Source: Eledone cirrhosa
Lineage: Eukaryota
Direction of reading: 5' to 3'
Length of the DNA stretch: 64,000 nt
Assembly (NCBI GenBank): GCA_964016885.1
Contig: OZ024743.1
Location: 29,078,001-29,142,000 of the forward strand
In this document: positions 14,369-26,200 of the stretch, piece by piece
How positions within the stretch are numbered: position 1 is the stretch's first letter
How the letters are laid out: every line of letters starts with the position of its first letter
The notes under the pieces: model-generated
What the model saw: the letters and a program-made list of their open reading frames with translations, nothing else
Told to the model about the DNA's origin: nothing
The model's database searches: none
Program-made: the position numbers and the translations under genes

Positions 14369-14848
14369 GGTAGATAGGGCGGTGGATTGGCAGTATTGGT
14401 AGAGGGTCGGACGCCATGCTTTCCAGCATAGTTACGTCTCTTTACGATATTAGTTCAAATCCCGCCAAGGTTGACTTTGCCTTTCATCCTTACGGGGTCG
14501 ATAAAATAAAGTACCAGTAATACACTGGGTAATTGCTGGCATTGTACCTAAAGTAGAAACAATTATTTATAACGGTAGATTGGTAGTATCAGTAGAGGGT
14601 CGGACGCCATGCTTTGACGCATAGAGTTACGGCCCTTGCCATTCTGAGTTCAAATCGCGCCGAGGTTAACTTTGCCTTTCATCCATACGGGGTCGATAAA
14701 ATAAAGTACCAGTAATGTACTGGGTAATTGCTGGCCTTGTGCCAAAAGTAGAAACAATTATTTATAACGGTGGATTGGCAGTAGCAGTAGAGGGTCGGAC
14801 GCCAAGCTTTGACGCATAGAGTTACGTCCCTTTATGGTCTGAGTTCAA
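14369..14848 (+). mobile_element. Head-to-tail array of SINEs (2 full + 1 partial)
   Basis: Three SINE heads, separated and flanked by ATTATTTATAAC. Confidence 0.88.
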
Positions 14849-14913
14849 TTATTTATAACTAGAAGAGAGGGAGCAATTGGGTGACACTGAGCTCCCAAGA
14901 AAACTCTCACAAC

Positions 14914-15725
14914 AGCACTGATCACTTGTGCTTTTAATCCGGTACTCATCCCTAATGTCTTTAATCCGGCAATGATCACTAGTATCTTTAATCCGACACT
15001 TAACTGTATTATGTTTAATCCGGCATTTATCTACAGTGTCTTTAATCCGGCACTGATCCCTAGCATCTTCAATCCGGCACTGATCACTTGTGTTTTTAAT
15101 CCGACACTTATCCCTAGTGTCTTTAATCCGACACTGATCACTAGTATTTTTAAACTGACACATAACTCTATTATTTTTAATCCGGCACTGATCCCCAGTA
15201 TCTTTAATCTTGCACTGATCACTAGTAACTTAATCCCGCACTGAACACTGGTGTTTTTAATCCGACACTGATCCCTAGTGTGTTTTTAATCCGGCACTGA
15301 TCACTTGTGTTTTTAATCCGACACTCATCCCTGATGATAGACTGTAGAAGATAGAAGAGAAAAGATAGACGGTAGAAAATATTTTCTACAACATCTCCCG
15401 TCTATCTTATACCGTCTATTTTCCCTCGTCTATCATCTCTCGTTTAACTTTTACCGTCTATCTTCTACAGTCTATCTTCTACCATATTATTTCTACGATC
15501 TTATTTCTCGCTTAAATTCTCTCATATATCTTCTAGCCTCTATCATCTCACGTCTATCTTCACCGGCACACATCCCTATTATATTTAATCCGGCACTGAT
15601 CACTAGTATCTTTAATCCTGCAGAGATGTCTTGTATTTTTAATCCGAATGAAGGTAAGTGCTGGATTAAAAATAACAAGTGTCAGTGCCGGATTAAGAAC
15701 ACAAATGATCAGTACCGAATTAAAA
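14914..15725. repeat. About 30-bp minisatellite with an interrupting segment and a few inverted units
   Basis: Unit approximately TTTAATCCGGCACTGATCACTAGTATC. Interrupted at about 15333-15560. Reverse units at about 15660-15725 and at 9857-9920. Confidence 0.85.
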
Positions 15726-15805
15726 ATAAATCTAGATACGATCTGGATGATCCGATGCGGTTAGCCCATGTTCACATTGGCACATTCGGATAATCCAGTC
15801 GATAC

Positions 15806-16017
15806 CTGTCAGACAGTTCTAAACTGTGAAAGGGCTTTTGTCTGACTACATGAAGATGGAGGAGATGAAAAGCCTGACTGCTTGGTAAAGTGGTTGTTGG
15901 CTTGCTGCTTGATGAAAAAGAAAGTGGGACAAGCGAAACTGCACGCTGGCAGCTTGCTGAAGAACAAAGCTTTAAGGGAAGACAAGGTAGAGAAAGAGTT
16001 TTCTTGACTGTCGCCAT
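15806..16017 (-). CDS. Candidate first coding exon; peptide resembles a mitochondrial targeting presequence
   Basis: CAAAATGGCG start context. MATVKKTLSLPCLPLKLCSSASCQRAVSL... is S/L/K/R-rich with no acidic residue for more than 60 aa. Possible donor CAG|GTATCG. No homology recognised. Confidence 0.3.
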
Positions 16018-16263
16018 TTTGTCTTTTTTTTGTGGGCCTATTTGTCAAATGTAAAGTTCAAATTGGATTTTAGCCTTGAAGGTCTAAATACCGATTAATT
16101 TCGATCACCTCAATAGAAGCGGGTGTGTGTTTAAACACAAAACAATATAAGATTTTACAATAAGTTCGCAATAAAAACTGTTTAAAAATCACAAACTTAC
16201 GGGAGCAAAATTTTCTGCGACGTGTATACTTCCACGATAATAATAATAACAATAATAATAATA

Positions 16264-16439
16264 ATAATTGCTTCTACTTTTGGCACAAGGCCAGCAATTA
16301 CTCAGTACATTACTGGTACTTTGTTTTATCGACCCCGTAAGGATGAAAGGCAAAGTTAACCTCGACGGGATTTGAACTCAGACCGTAAAGGGACGTAGCT
16401 AAGCTGGGAAGCATGGCGTCCGACCCTCCACCGATACTG
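16264..16439 (-). mobile_element. SINE, same family
   Basis: Matches consensus; (ATT)n tail. Confidence 0.9.
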
Positions 16440-16443
16440 TAAA

Positions 16444-16502
<59 letters not shown>

Positions 16503-16980
16503 CATTAAAGTTGGTTGAAGTTAATACTGTTTGTCAAGTTTTTGCTTAACAAAACTCCAGACTTAAGTGAAATCTTAAGTATAATGTATAAAAAAGTGTT
16601 AGAATAAACAGTAAAATCTAACAATTACTGTTATTTCAGTTTCTATATGAATATTAGGAAAATAATTTGATATTAATTTTTCTTTTTACCTATCACAGTG
16701 TATATAACTTAATAAATTTATTGTTGAATTATCTGAACATTTTAGATACTGTTGCTTTAAATTTTAAAGGATGAAGATCAACATTGTATTAATACATTTA
16801 TATACGTTGTCATTCTTTCAATTTTAATCATTGAATACATATTATATTCATTATTTCGGTGGGATATTCTGCTACAGAATTTAGTGCAAAGACACACACA
16901 CACACATACACACACATGTATACAATATTTCAATATAAATATATTTATTTATTTATTTATGTTTATTTAATCATATGTAT

Positions 16981-17064
<84 letters not shown>

Positions 17065-17067
<3 letters not shown>

Positions 17068-17515
17068 AAAGTTTTATTTAAAATTGTTGGGTTACAACGA
17101 GTAAATATTTTATAACTGATATAAAAGCACTCAACAAGTTTTGGAGTATTTTACGATATTAAACAAATGGAAACTACATTTATAAAACCATATTTATTTC
17201 ATTATATATATTTCAGGGATATCATATTAAAAATATGGTATGCCCTCTTCAGACAAAATACAATATATAGACAGTTTTATAAATAAATTTGACATACCTT
17301 AGAATTTCCAACTTCCATTTAAGTTGTTACTACCGTAACAACTTTTTAAATGGAAGTTGTAAATTCTAAGGTATGTCAAATTTATTTATAAAACTGTCTA
17401 TATATTGTATTTTGTCTGAAGAGGGCATACCATATTTTTAATATGATATCCCTGAAATATATATAATGAAATAAATATGGTTTTATAAATGTAGTTTCCA
17501 TTTGTTTAATATCGT
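17065..17515. mobile_element. Fold-back pLTR-like element (family F) with two hammerheads
   Basis: Arms about 17154-17320 and 17346-17515. HHR at 17195-17260 (-) and 17408-17473 (+): TATTTTGT CTGAAGA GGG..CCCT GAAA TAT AT ATA ATGAAATA. Confidence 0.75.
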
Positions 17516-17537
17516 ATATATATATAAATATATATAT

Positions 17538-17883
17538 ATTAGAAAGTGAGGTTTTTTTTACAAAATGAAAAATAACCGAGGTGTCCTACACGAGTGAAAG
17601 TATAAAGAAAAAGAGATGAAATCGAAAATGCAACTGGAGTCTTATTTTTTTAAAAAATATATATATTTATTTGGTTCCTTTACCGGTTTCGCAGTTCTTC
17701 TGCTTTTCAAAAGGTGAGTTGAGATGGAGGGTCTGTGGTTTTTCTCAAAAAACCACAGACCCTCCATCTCAACTCACCTTTTGAAAAGCAGAAGAACTGC
17801 GAAACCGGTAAAGGAACCAAATAAATATATATATTTTTAAAAAAAATAAGACTCCAGTTGCATTTTCGATTTCATCTCTTTTT

Positions 17884-17889
<6 letters not shown>
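17538..17889. mobile_element. Fold-back pLTR-like element (family G) with U3-A8 hammerheads
   Basis: Near-perfect palindrome centred at about 17745. HHR at 17677-17714 (-) and 17777-17814 (+). Confidence 0.75.
17777..17814 (+). ncRNA. Minimal hammerhead, U3-A8 core variant
   Basis: CCTT TTGAAAA GCAG AAGAA CTGC GAAAC CG GTA AAGG. Confidence 0.7.
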
Positions 17890-17969
<80 letters not shown>

Positions 17970-18110
17970 ATTAGAATACTGGAGCGTGTTGGAGTTAAAC
18001 ACCCTCTTCGTATTATAGAAATGACAGTAAAAGGTATAGCTCAATGCAGTTAAACAGAGCCAAAAAATTAAGAGTAAAACAAAGAATCCTTTAATACATC
18101 AAAAGTTTTT

Positions 18111-18155
18111 ATTAGCCGACAATGTTTCGTCCTATTAAGGACTCATCAGGGCAAT
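18111..18155 (-). ncRNA. Minimal type I hammerhead (GUC)
   Basis: ATTGCC CTGATGA GTCC TTAATA GGAC GAAAC ATT GTC GGCTAAT. Confidence 0.9.
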
Positions 18156-21100
18156 CAAAACAACAAGAAGTAATATCGGCAGATACAAGCCGGAAACTCT
18201 GAAGAATATGGAGTGTACATACACTAAAGTCTTACAAAAATATATGATAATAAAAATGAAAATAAAAATAAAAATAATAAAAATATATAATAATAAGAAT
18301 AACTAAGGATGTAGATAACATTAAGAACCATATTACAAATATAGTCCAAAGCAACTAACCTAAATCTAAACAAATTTGGTTATATAGAGCAGGAATTATA
18401 TATAACACAATGCAATAAACATAATACATTATAATAATATACCTTTACCAACATTAAAATTACAAATTAAAAATCAAAAGGTACAATATATACATGTATA
18501 TATGTGCGCACACACACACATATATAACAATACACACATCTATGATCAACTACACAAATTAAGCCCTATTAGAAGTTTGAATATAAAAATAAGCATGATA
18601 AGAGTGAAAATAATACCAATACATCTACCCAATATACATGAGGCAATAATATGATATAATTACAAGAGACACATATAATAAATAATAAACAATAAAATTA
18701 TATAATTCAATATAATATAATAGATAATCCCCGGTTAATTTACAGAAACAATATAGATGTCACAATAAAATACAATGATAATACGTAAACAGTGTACTAA
18801 CATTTACCATAAACAATGTATACAAATCGATTCATACTGGGTTACAGAGTAAATGAGGAAAAATAAATTATATAATACTCAAAAAAACACTATAATGGTA
18901 CTGTAAAAATGATGATGGTACAGAAAAAAATATATACAGACATCTTACATGATATGTAAAGTCTAAATATCATAATGTTACATATAATGAACAGTAAGTA
19001 ATAAGGATCAATATTACAATATTACAAGAATACAGACATCTTACATGATATATAAAGTTTAAATGTCATAATGTTACATATAATGAACAGTAAGTAATAA
19101 GGATCAATATTACAATACAATATAATATAATATATTATAAATTGACATAAAATAATATATAAATACTTATAATTTCAAGGTTAGTAGACAGACATATGTG
19201 GATGTGTAAGCAAAGCCAGACAGTGAATAGTAAATAGAATATAGAATAAAATAAATAAATAAATATAATCAACCGGAAATTACAAAACAAAAGCAAATAT
19301 ATACACACTAAGGCCTCACATGCGGTTAAGAAATTAGGTAAACACTAAGGAAAACAATCATTTTAATTGACTCAAAACCCTATTTGATAAATTAATATTA
19401 AAAATATCAAACCTATCCAATAAGGTAGTATAATATTAGCTGTAGTTTAAGTCATTAAAGTTTATAAACTTTAATGTTTCGTTACAAATGTTTACAAAAA
19501 GGAATGAAAATTTTTTAAAATCATATACATAACGATATCTAAAAAACTGACTTAAGTAGAATTAAGGTAGGCTAATAGGGACAGAAATGAAGAAATATAT
19601 GGAGGATGCAAAGAGGCATAAAATATAGTCGATATACTATAATAAATAATAGAAAGGAGTGTAACAGAGGGGGGAGTTAAATATAATCATAGTCAATCTG
19701 GAGGGGTTGACAATAAGTTTATGTGCGCAGGGGGGGGGGGGGTTGTCCAAAGATGAATCTGAATAAAATTAGAAATAAAAATAGAATTAAAAATAAAATT
19801 AATAATAAAAATAAAAATAAAGATAATAATAGAATAACGTAAGTGGCGTAAAGTGTGTAATCTTATGTATATTAACAAGGTGTAATAGTGAAAACATAGA
19901 TATGGTACAGTAGCCAAATGATTATGAGAGCTAGAATGAAGAGTCATCAAAAACCAATGGTAATAATGATGATAACAATAATGTTGGCAAACAAAAGAAC
20001 CTAAACTAAAAACTAAGTAATGGAATATATCTGCTAATGGGTACAATTTGTACTACTAGAACGTTTGGGTTTATAATAAAAATAAGAATTAGAAATGGCG
20101 TGGGGGCAAGAAGAGAATATCTCAGACTTTCTATTAAGTAAGGATACGCTAGAGAAAATAATAGAGTGTGTCTCAAGTATACAGAGATTACAAAACTTAC
20201 TATGTGTAGAAAGGTGGTTAGAGTGTGCTACTAAACGCCAGTTAAGGCTATATGGTATATAAGCTCCCTTAAGATCCCAGATATAAACCTAGTCTTAAAA
20301 GTGTTTGAAGTAGATCCTATATACGTTCTATTAGAGGAATTAGTTATAACTTCGCAAGCGTAGACAATGTTCTTAGAAAGGCAGTTACCGTTTAGAGGGC
20401 AGTTAGCACTCACTCTACAATTGCACTTCCGGGTGTTATTGGTTGGCTCAAGTGGTGATGTATTACACGTAGGACTTCTATTAGATAAGGACTGTTCTGG
20501 TGGTAAAGCATTGTCAGATCCGTTCAGACTAGTAGTATGTAGAGAGGAGAATCCATCCCTAATTTTCCTATTATTAGTGCTAGCTAAATGAGAACTAATA
20601 TTAGGGGTGGTAGAGAATGAGAGTTTAATAACATTTTTATTAAAAATACCATGGTATTTATGAGAAGGGGGGACATTTTTCTCTAAGATAGTGAAGAAAG
20701 ACCTAGGGATATTAGTTGATACATCCTGATTATATGGCGGGTTGAAATAAGTATTTAATCGCCTTCTATTTTTATTTTTATTCTTACCGACCCTACCTCT
20801 ATCAAATGTCCCACCGTCGAGACTAGGGTTACTATCAGGATTAGTTGAAGCCACATTCATAGAATCAGCCATAATTTCGTTATGTCTATTATAGTTTCTA
20901 CCTCCAGTAGATCTGCTGTTGTCCGGAATCTCTTCAAGAGGATTAGGGCCAATGATAGGATCAGTAGGAGCAACATTATCAGAATAAGATCCAGCAAAAC
21001 CAACACCAATGCGTGAGCGCACAGGGGGTTCAACTTGTCTCCTAGAGGTATTATATTTGCTATTACGAGTCCGGTGGGTTAACTTATGGGTGGGTTCAGA

Positions 21101-21225
21101 TACACCTATATAAATTCTACGGTTACTATATTTGCTACTCCCATTCATGGCCATGTTATGTGATATAATGTTATTATTATTAAGAGTAAGCGGAGTATCT
21201 GCCGATATTACTTCTTGTTGTTTTG

Positions 21226-21270
21226 ATTGCCCTGATGAGTCCTTAATAGGACGAAACATTGTCGGCTAAT
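21226..21270 (+). ncRNA. Minimal type I hammerhead (inverted copy)
   Basis: Same motif on the plus strand. Confidence 0.9.
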
Positions 21271-21842
21271 AAAAACTTTTGATGTATTAAAGGATTCTTT
21301 GTTTTACTCTCTTAATATATATATATATATATATATATTTTAATATATATTTTTATGTGCATTTGGTGTATACATTCGTATGCGTGCGGGTACAGGCGTT
21401 GCGTGGGTTCTGTATGTGCGTTCGGGTTTGTTTGTTTTTTGTGTACGTGCGTGTTTTTGTATACCTATGGCGAGTGTTTTCGCGTATGCTAGTGTATGTA
21501 CGTATTTGGATGCGTGTATGTATTTATTTAATTTCAGTTACCTCTGTATTTTATTTACTTTATTCTTAACTCTGAAGCCGAGAATCATTCGGTTTCCTAG
21601 TTAGAATGTTAGACTACGACTTCCTTTATACCATAAACGTGGTTTTGTCTTTGCGCGTAATTATTTTTCTCCGCTCCAAATAATGACGTATTATATTCGT
21701 TTTTTCCCGTTCTTTGCCTGAGAACGTTTCTACGAACCAAAGTATCGTCTTACTGTCTTCCTCCGGCTGCAACGTTTTTTGAAATATTCACTTCTGCGTT
21801 CACAGATTGACTTTGTTAGTTTCAGAAGATCCCGATATTATA

Positions 21843-22180
21843 TACGATATTAACAAATGGAAACTATATTTATAAAACCATATTTATTTCATTATACATA
21901 TTTCAAGGACACCAAGTTAAATTATGGTGTGCTTTCATCAGATAAAATATAATATAGATCAGTTTTATAAATAAATATTGACATACCCTTAAAGAATGCA
22001 ACCATTACTGTTGGAAGCTCCCGGATAGCTCTACCTCACTGCTTGGCAGGCTTATCGAGAGCCCTCCTGCTTCTCATTGCGTGGCCATTTCATATTTTTA
22101 CTCCAAATATTTGTTGAGTGCTTTATATCAGTTATAAAAATATTTGCTTGTTGTATCCCAACAATTTAAATAGAACTTTT
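21843..22180. mobile_element. Family F pLTR-like element, diverged, with hammerhead at 21885-21949 (-)
   Basis: Homologous to 17065-17515. Core CTGATGA. Confidence 0.7.
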
Positions 22181-22221
<41 letters not shown>

Positions 22222-22536
22222 AGGTTAACAACTTACATTCATTCCTTTATATTTTTACGTCCATTTCAATGCGGTTATAATGATACATGGGAGACATATT
22301 TTTATCCATTTGAAATTTAAACTACAAAAACATAAACAGTGTGAACTCGAGACAAATGTTTTGTATTTGAACCAGACAGATAAAAATGGTAATTTAGTGT
22401 GTGCTGCGTATGTTTATATATCTTTATATATTAATTCTCTATGTAAAATGCTAACACTTCGTCTGCGCCTGCTTATTAAAACATTTCCATTTCTACAAAT
22501 CTAATATCAAACTTTATTCCATATATAAAAAGAAAA

Positions 22537-22727
22537 ATAATTGTTTCTACTTTTGGCACAAGGCCAGCAATTACCCAGTGCATTACTGGTACTTTATTTT
22601 ATCGACCCCGTAAGGATGAAAGGCAAAGACAACCTCGGCGGGATTTGAACTCAGATCGTAAAGGGACGTAACTATGCTGGAAAGCATGGCGTCCGACCCT
22701 CTACCGATACTGCCAATCCACCACCCT
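22537..22727 (-). mobile_element. SINE, same family
   Basis: Full length. Flanked by the direct repeat TATAAAAAGAAAAATAAT, a TSD overlapping the tail. Confidence 0.92.
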
Positions 22728-22843
22728 ATAAAAAGAAAAATAATAACATTCTAAATAAATAAATAATAGATAAGTAAAATGTCTGGTACTTAAAACTACT
22801 GACTATCATCAGAGTTTTCCTTACGATTTTCTTTTAATGAGTA

Positions 22844-23241
22844 GGACCTCCAAACTAGTCGGAAACAACTAGATTTGTTGACAAAGGGGGTGAAAGGGAG
22901 CGAAAAGATCATCGGTGTTTCGCAGATCTACGTACTTCCCGCGTTTGGTGGGAAATAATTATATTTCCTCGATTTTTTTTCTGAACCTCTTAGATACTTG
23001 CAATAGAATTTTTTTCCATGATTAGGTTTAAGGTTAGATATAGGGTTAGTGTTTCCATTTTCCGGGAAAAAGTCGATTGCAAGCGTCTAAGAGGTCAAGA
23101 AAAAACAAACAAGCAAGGAAAAATAATTATTTCCTACCAAACGTTTGGGGTGTGTAGATCTGCGAAACTCCGATGGTCTTTTTGCTCCCTTTCACCCTAC
23201 TTTTTCTACAAATCTAGTAGTTTCTGACTGGTTTGAAGGTC
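22844..23241. mobile_element. Fold-back MITE with a (GGTTAG)-like centre
   Basis: Long imperfect inverted arms (GACCTCCAAACTAGTC... / ...GACTGGTTTGAAGGTC) around TTAGGTTTAAGGTTAGATATAGGGTTAG. Confidence 0.7.
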
Positions 23242-23825
23242 ATAGTCGTTGATAACATGTGAAAAATTTTTTTTAGAAAAATCTCAGAAGGGGAGAGCCT
23301 ACCTCACGCCTCCGGGAAAAAATTCGATTCCCAGAATATTGGAGTTTAGATTAGTTGATAGCTCACGAAAAAAAAGACGAAAGAATTTATTTCTCACTGA
23401 AATCGAGTGGGGTGTTCTATACATTTACCAAGACTTGAATATTTATTTTCCTTTATACCCACCATAACATGATACTTCTACTTCCTATTTTAACTAGAAA
23501 CATTACTTTATTAAAAGGGTTGACATAATATTTCTCTGTGGAAAAGTCTATTATATATGCATACTGTCATTGCATATACTGGAATGTGATGGGTTGAACC
23601 TTAAATGTTGCCCTACTTATTCAATAGTGGATCCAGGCCACCAATGATTACGGCAATAGCATTGAATGTCTGGAATTTGTATGCCATATATACCAGGATT
23701 GCTGGTTATATGTGATATTCCATACTGCTTGCTGAAATGTTATGTCGCAACAGTCACTTGTGCCATTGAAGATAACAGATTTTTTTAGGCTTAGAATATT
23801 TAATCGTCCACTGAATCGTTTAATG

Positions 23826-23905
23826 ATCATCATCAGCATCATCACTGTTTAACGTCCATTTTCCCACGCTAGCATGGGTTAGACGAGTTGTCCTGTTGTG
23901 AGCAA
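23826..23905 (-). mobile_element. RTE 3'-tail fragment
   Basis: (ATC)n..TTTAACGTCCATTTTCCCACGCTAGCATGGGTTAGACG, as at 3391-3450. Confidence 0.8.
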
Positions 23906-24074
23906 TGCCAGGTATATATAGCTATAAAAATTAATTTAGAATATTAACTCTATATTTATAAAAATATCACGATTTTATTTTTTTCTTAATTGAAAGATTT
24001 GCATGTAACTCATTATTATTGAAGTTCTTTTATCACAAAACTCATAATAAATCTATGGGTTTCATAGCTAGAGG

Positions 24075-24760
24075 TGGGGACCATGCTAGGTTGAGAAGCA
24101 GATGCTCATACGAGCTTCTGCCAACATGCCTTTTGAAGTCCCCAAGGTTATTGTCAAACTTGATCTCAAGAATGTCTTCAACTCCATCAATTGTGATGTC
24201 ATCTTCTCCTTAGTAAAGGAGAGAGCCCAACAGCTCTACCTCACTGCTTGGCAGGCTTATGGAGAGCCCTCCTGCTTCTCATTTCGTGGCCATTTCATCC
24301 TATCTGCCTCAGGAGTCTAACTAGGTGACCTACTCGGATCTGCTCTATTCACACTGGGCATCGATGATATTACTAAAATAGGGGCCAACATAGATTTTAA
24401 TTTCTAGTATTTTGATGATGCTTGTTTGGGGAAGGTGTCCTTCAGTTAAGGTCCTTGCAACTACGAAGATGATTGAGGAACTTAGTTGTAGAGGCATCCA
24501 CGTCAACAGCTCCAAATCAGCAGACTGTAGACCTGTTTACAGGATCCTACCCTTCTATTGTGGTCCCTCTCTCATGGTCTGTCTCTAGGAGCCCCAATTA
24601 CTGACCTAGATTTCAAGCCCATTTTACTATCCAAGATGGCTAGCCTCAAGCAACTATTAAAAAAACATTGAAACAATTGAGCCCCATCAAGTTGTTTTTT
24701 TTTTAAACTTGGGAATTCCTTTTATTTCCCATCATTTCTCCAATGATTTGACGACCTAAT
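24075..24760 (+). mobile_element. CRE-clade non-LTR RT remnant
   Basis: KLDLKNVFNSI...LYLTAWQAYGEPS...SASGV*LGDLLGSALF, followed by a YFDD-like motif. Confidence 0.7.
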
Positions 24761-24777
24761 CTTTGGTAAATTTGAAT

Positions 24778-26200
24778 GCAAGACACCCATGTGTCCCTGT
24801 TAAGTATTTTAGCCAAAAGTTAGGAATCTTATGTCCTGGAGCCTTTTAATTGGCTGTTCTTTTTATTGTGCTGCGCACGTCATCTGTTGTGATGTCTTCC
24901 TACTACTGCTCAGGTACCGTGTTCGTTGTTCCTGTATATTGTAATTTATCTTTTCTTGCCCATAATTTTCTCCATAATTCTTCCTCTTCTTTTACTTTTG
25001 GGGCTACATTTATTTCTATCTTGCTCCTATTAAGTTCCTGGTTGAGTCGTTTGTTCAAAACACTTTTGAAGTTTTTCATATCTCCAGATTCTTTGTACCT
25101 TTCCAAGTATTTGTTGTTTTAGGCATTCCTTAGTCACTGGGATTTCCCCTTCTATTCTATTATATTTCTTTTTTATTTTTATTTTCCTTCCTGTTCTCAA
25201 TTATGTTGTTTTTTCTATTTCATTTAGGATTGAGAGGTCTTGTCTTTTGTTTTCTATCTTTTCTTGTATCTTGGATTTCCATGTTTGTGTGGATTTCGTT
25301 TTTCTTGCTAGAGTAGGCCTTAGGGGGTACCCACTTTCTTTCGTAAGAAAAGCAGCTATTGCATATATTAATACTGATGTTTTTATTCGTGTTTATTAAA
25401 TCTATGATGGCTAGATTACCGGTTTTTATAATTGTTGTTGTTTTATTATTAATCTTTATCTTTGGGAGGTGTATTCTCTTCTGGCTCATGGTGAGATCTT
25501 CTATTGTTTGGAGTTCTTGGATTATATCCAGCTTTACCTTATTGTGGTCTTGAGTTTCGCCTTTAAGGGATGGTGTTTAAGGAATCGGTCTTTAAGTGAA
25601 GGTCTTTAAGGGATCGGTAGAGAGTCGGAAACCATTCTTTGCAGCACAGAGTTACCTGCCCTTTACGGTCTGAGTTCAAATCCCGCCGAGGTTAGCTTTG
25701 CCTTTCATCCTTACGGCGTCGATAAAATAAAGCACCAGTAATTCGCTGAGGTAATTGCTGGCCTTGTGCCAAAAGTAGAAACATTATTATTATTATTGAT
25801 TGGCAGTATCGGTAGAGCGTCAGACACCATGCTTTTGTATTTTTGGTTATGTTGCGCTAACTCTGTTTTTGTTGGTACTTATGGCGTCTGTTGGTGTTGA
25901 GGTTTGTTGTGTATTGTTTATTTTATCTGTTTAAAGTATGTTGCTTTTATCTTCATGTTTTCATTTCTCAGTATATGTACGTTCATTAGTTGTTTTGTGT
26001 TTTCGTTGTGTACTTGTTTTTTAAGGTACTCTATCTCCACGTCTGATCTATATATATATATTTTTTTGGAGGGGGTTAATATGTATCTCCTTAAATTTGC
26101 TAATTTGTTGGGGTTGAGTTTTAAATTAGAGTTTGGGTTATTTTTTCGCCAAATTTTATAAGTGTGTGTTGTTTTTTCGTTTTTTGGGGTACAGTGTTGC
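24778..26200 (-). mobile_element. R4/Dong-like LINE N-terminal remnant, interrupted by SINE
   Basis: Minus strand gives ITTDDVRSTIKRTAN*KAPGHKIPNFWLKYLTGTH, with K/N-rich ORF pieces upstream (24903-25106, 25220-25489). Confidence 0.6.
25613..25836 (+). mobile_element. SINE plus partial second head
   Basis: Matches consensus. Confidence 0.85.

Larger units (their letters stand above)
17966..21315 (-). mobile_element. 5'-truncated Penelope-like element (Hydra-clade-like) with short inverted pLTR
   Basis: ORF 20231-21259 has YFNPPY..HKYHGIFNKNVIKLSFSTTPN, CNCRVSANCPLNGNCL and IVYAC..YIGST..FKTRF. EN C-terminus continues to about 20080 after a break. 18068-18186 is inverted at 21195-21315. Confidence 0.9.

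Noticed and set aside
22537-22727. tRNA genes
   Set aside because: The A/B boxes belong to SINE heads, with no complete cloverleaf.
23020-23052. Interstitial telomere (also about 8853-8935)
   Set aside because: Only a few degenerate TTAGGG-like units, in the centre of a MITE-like fold-back.
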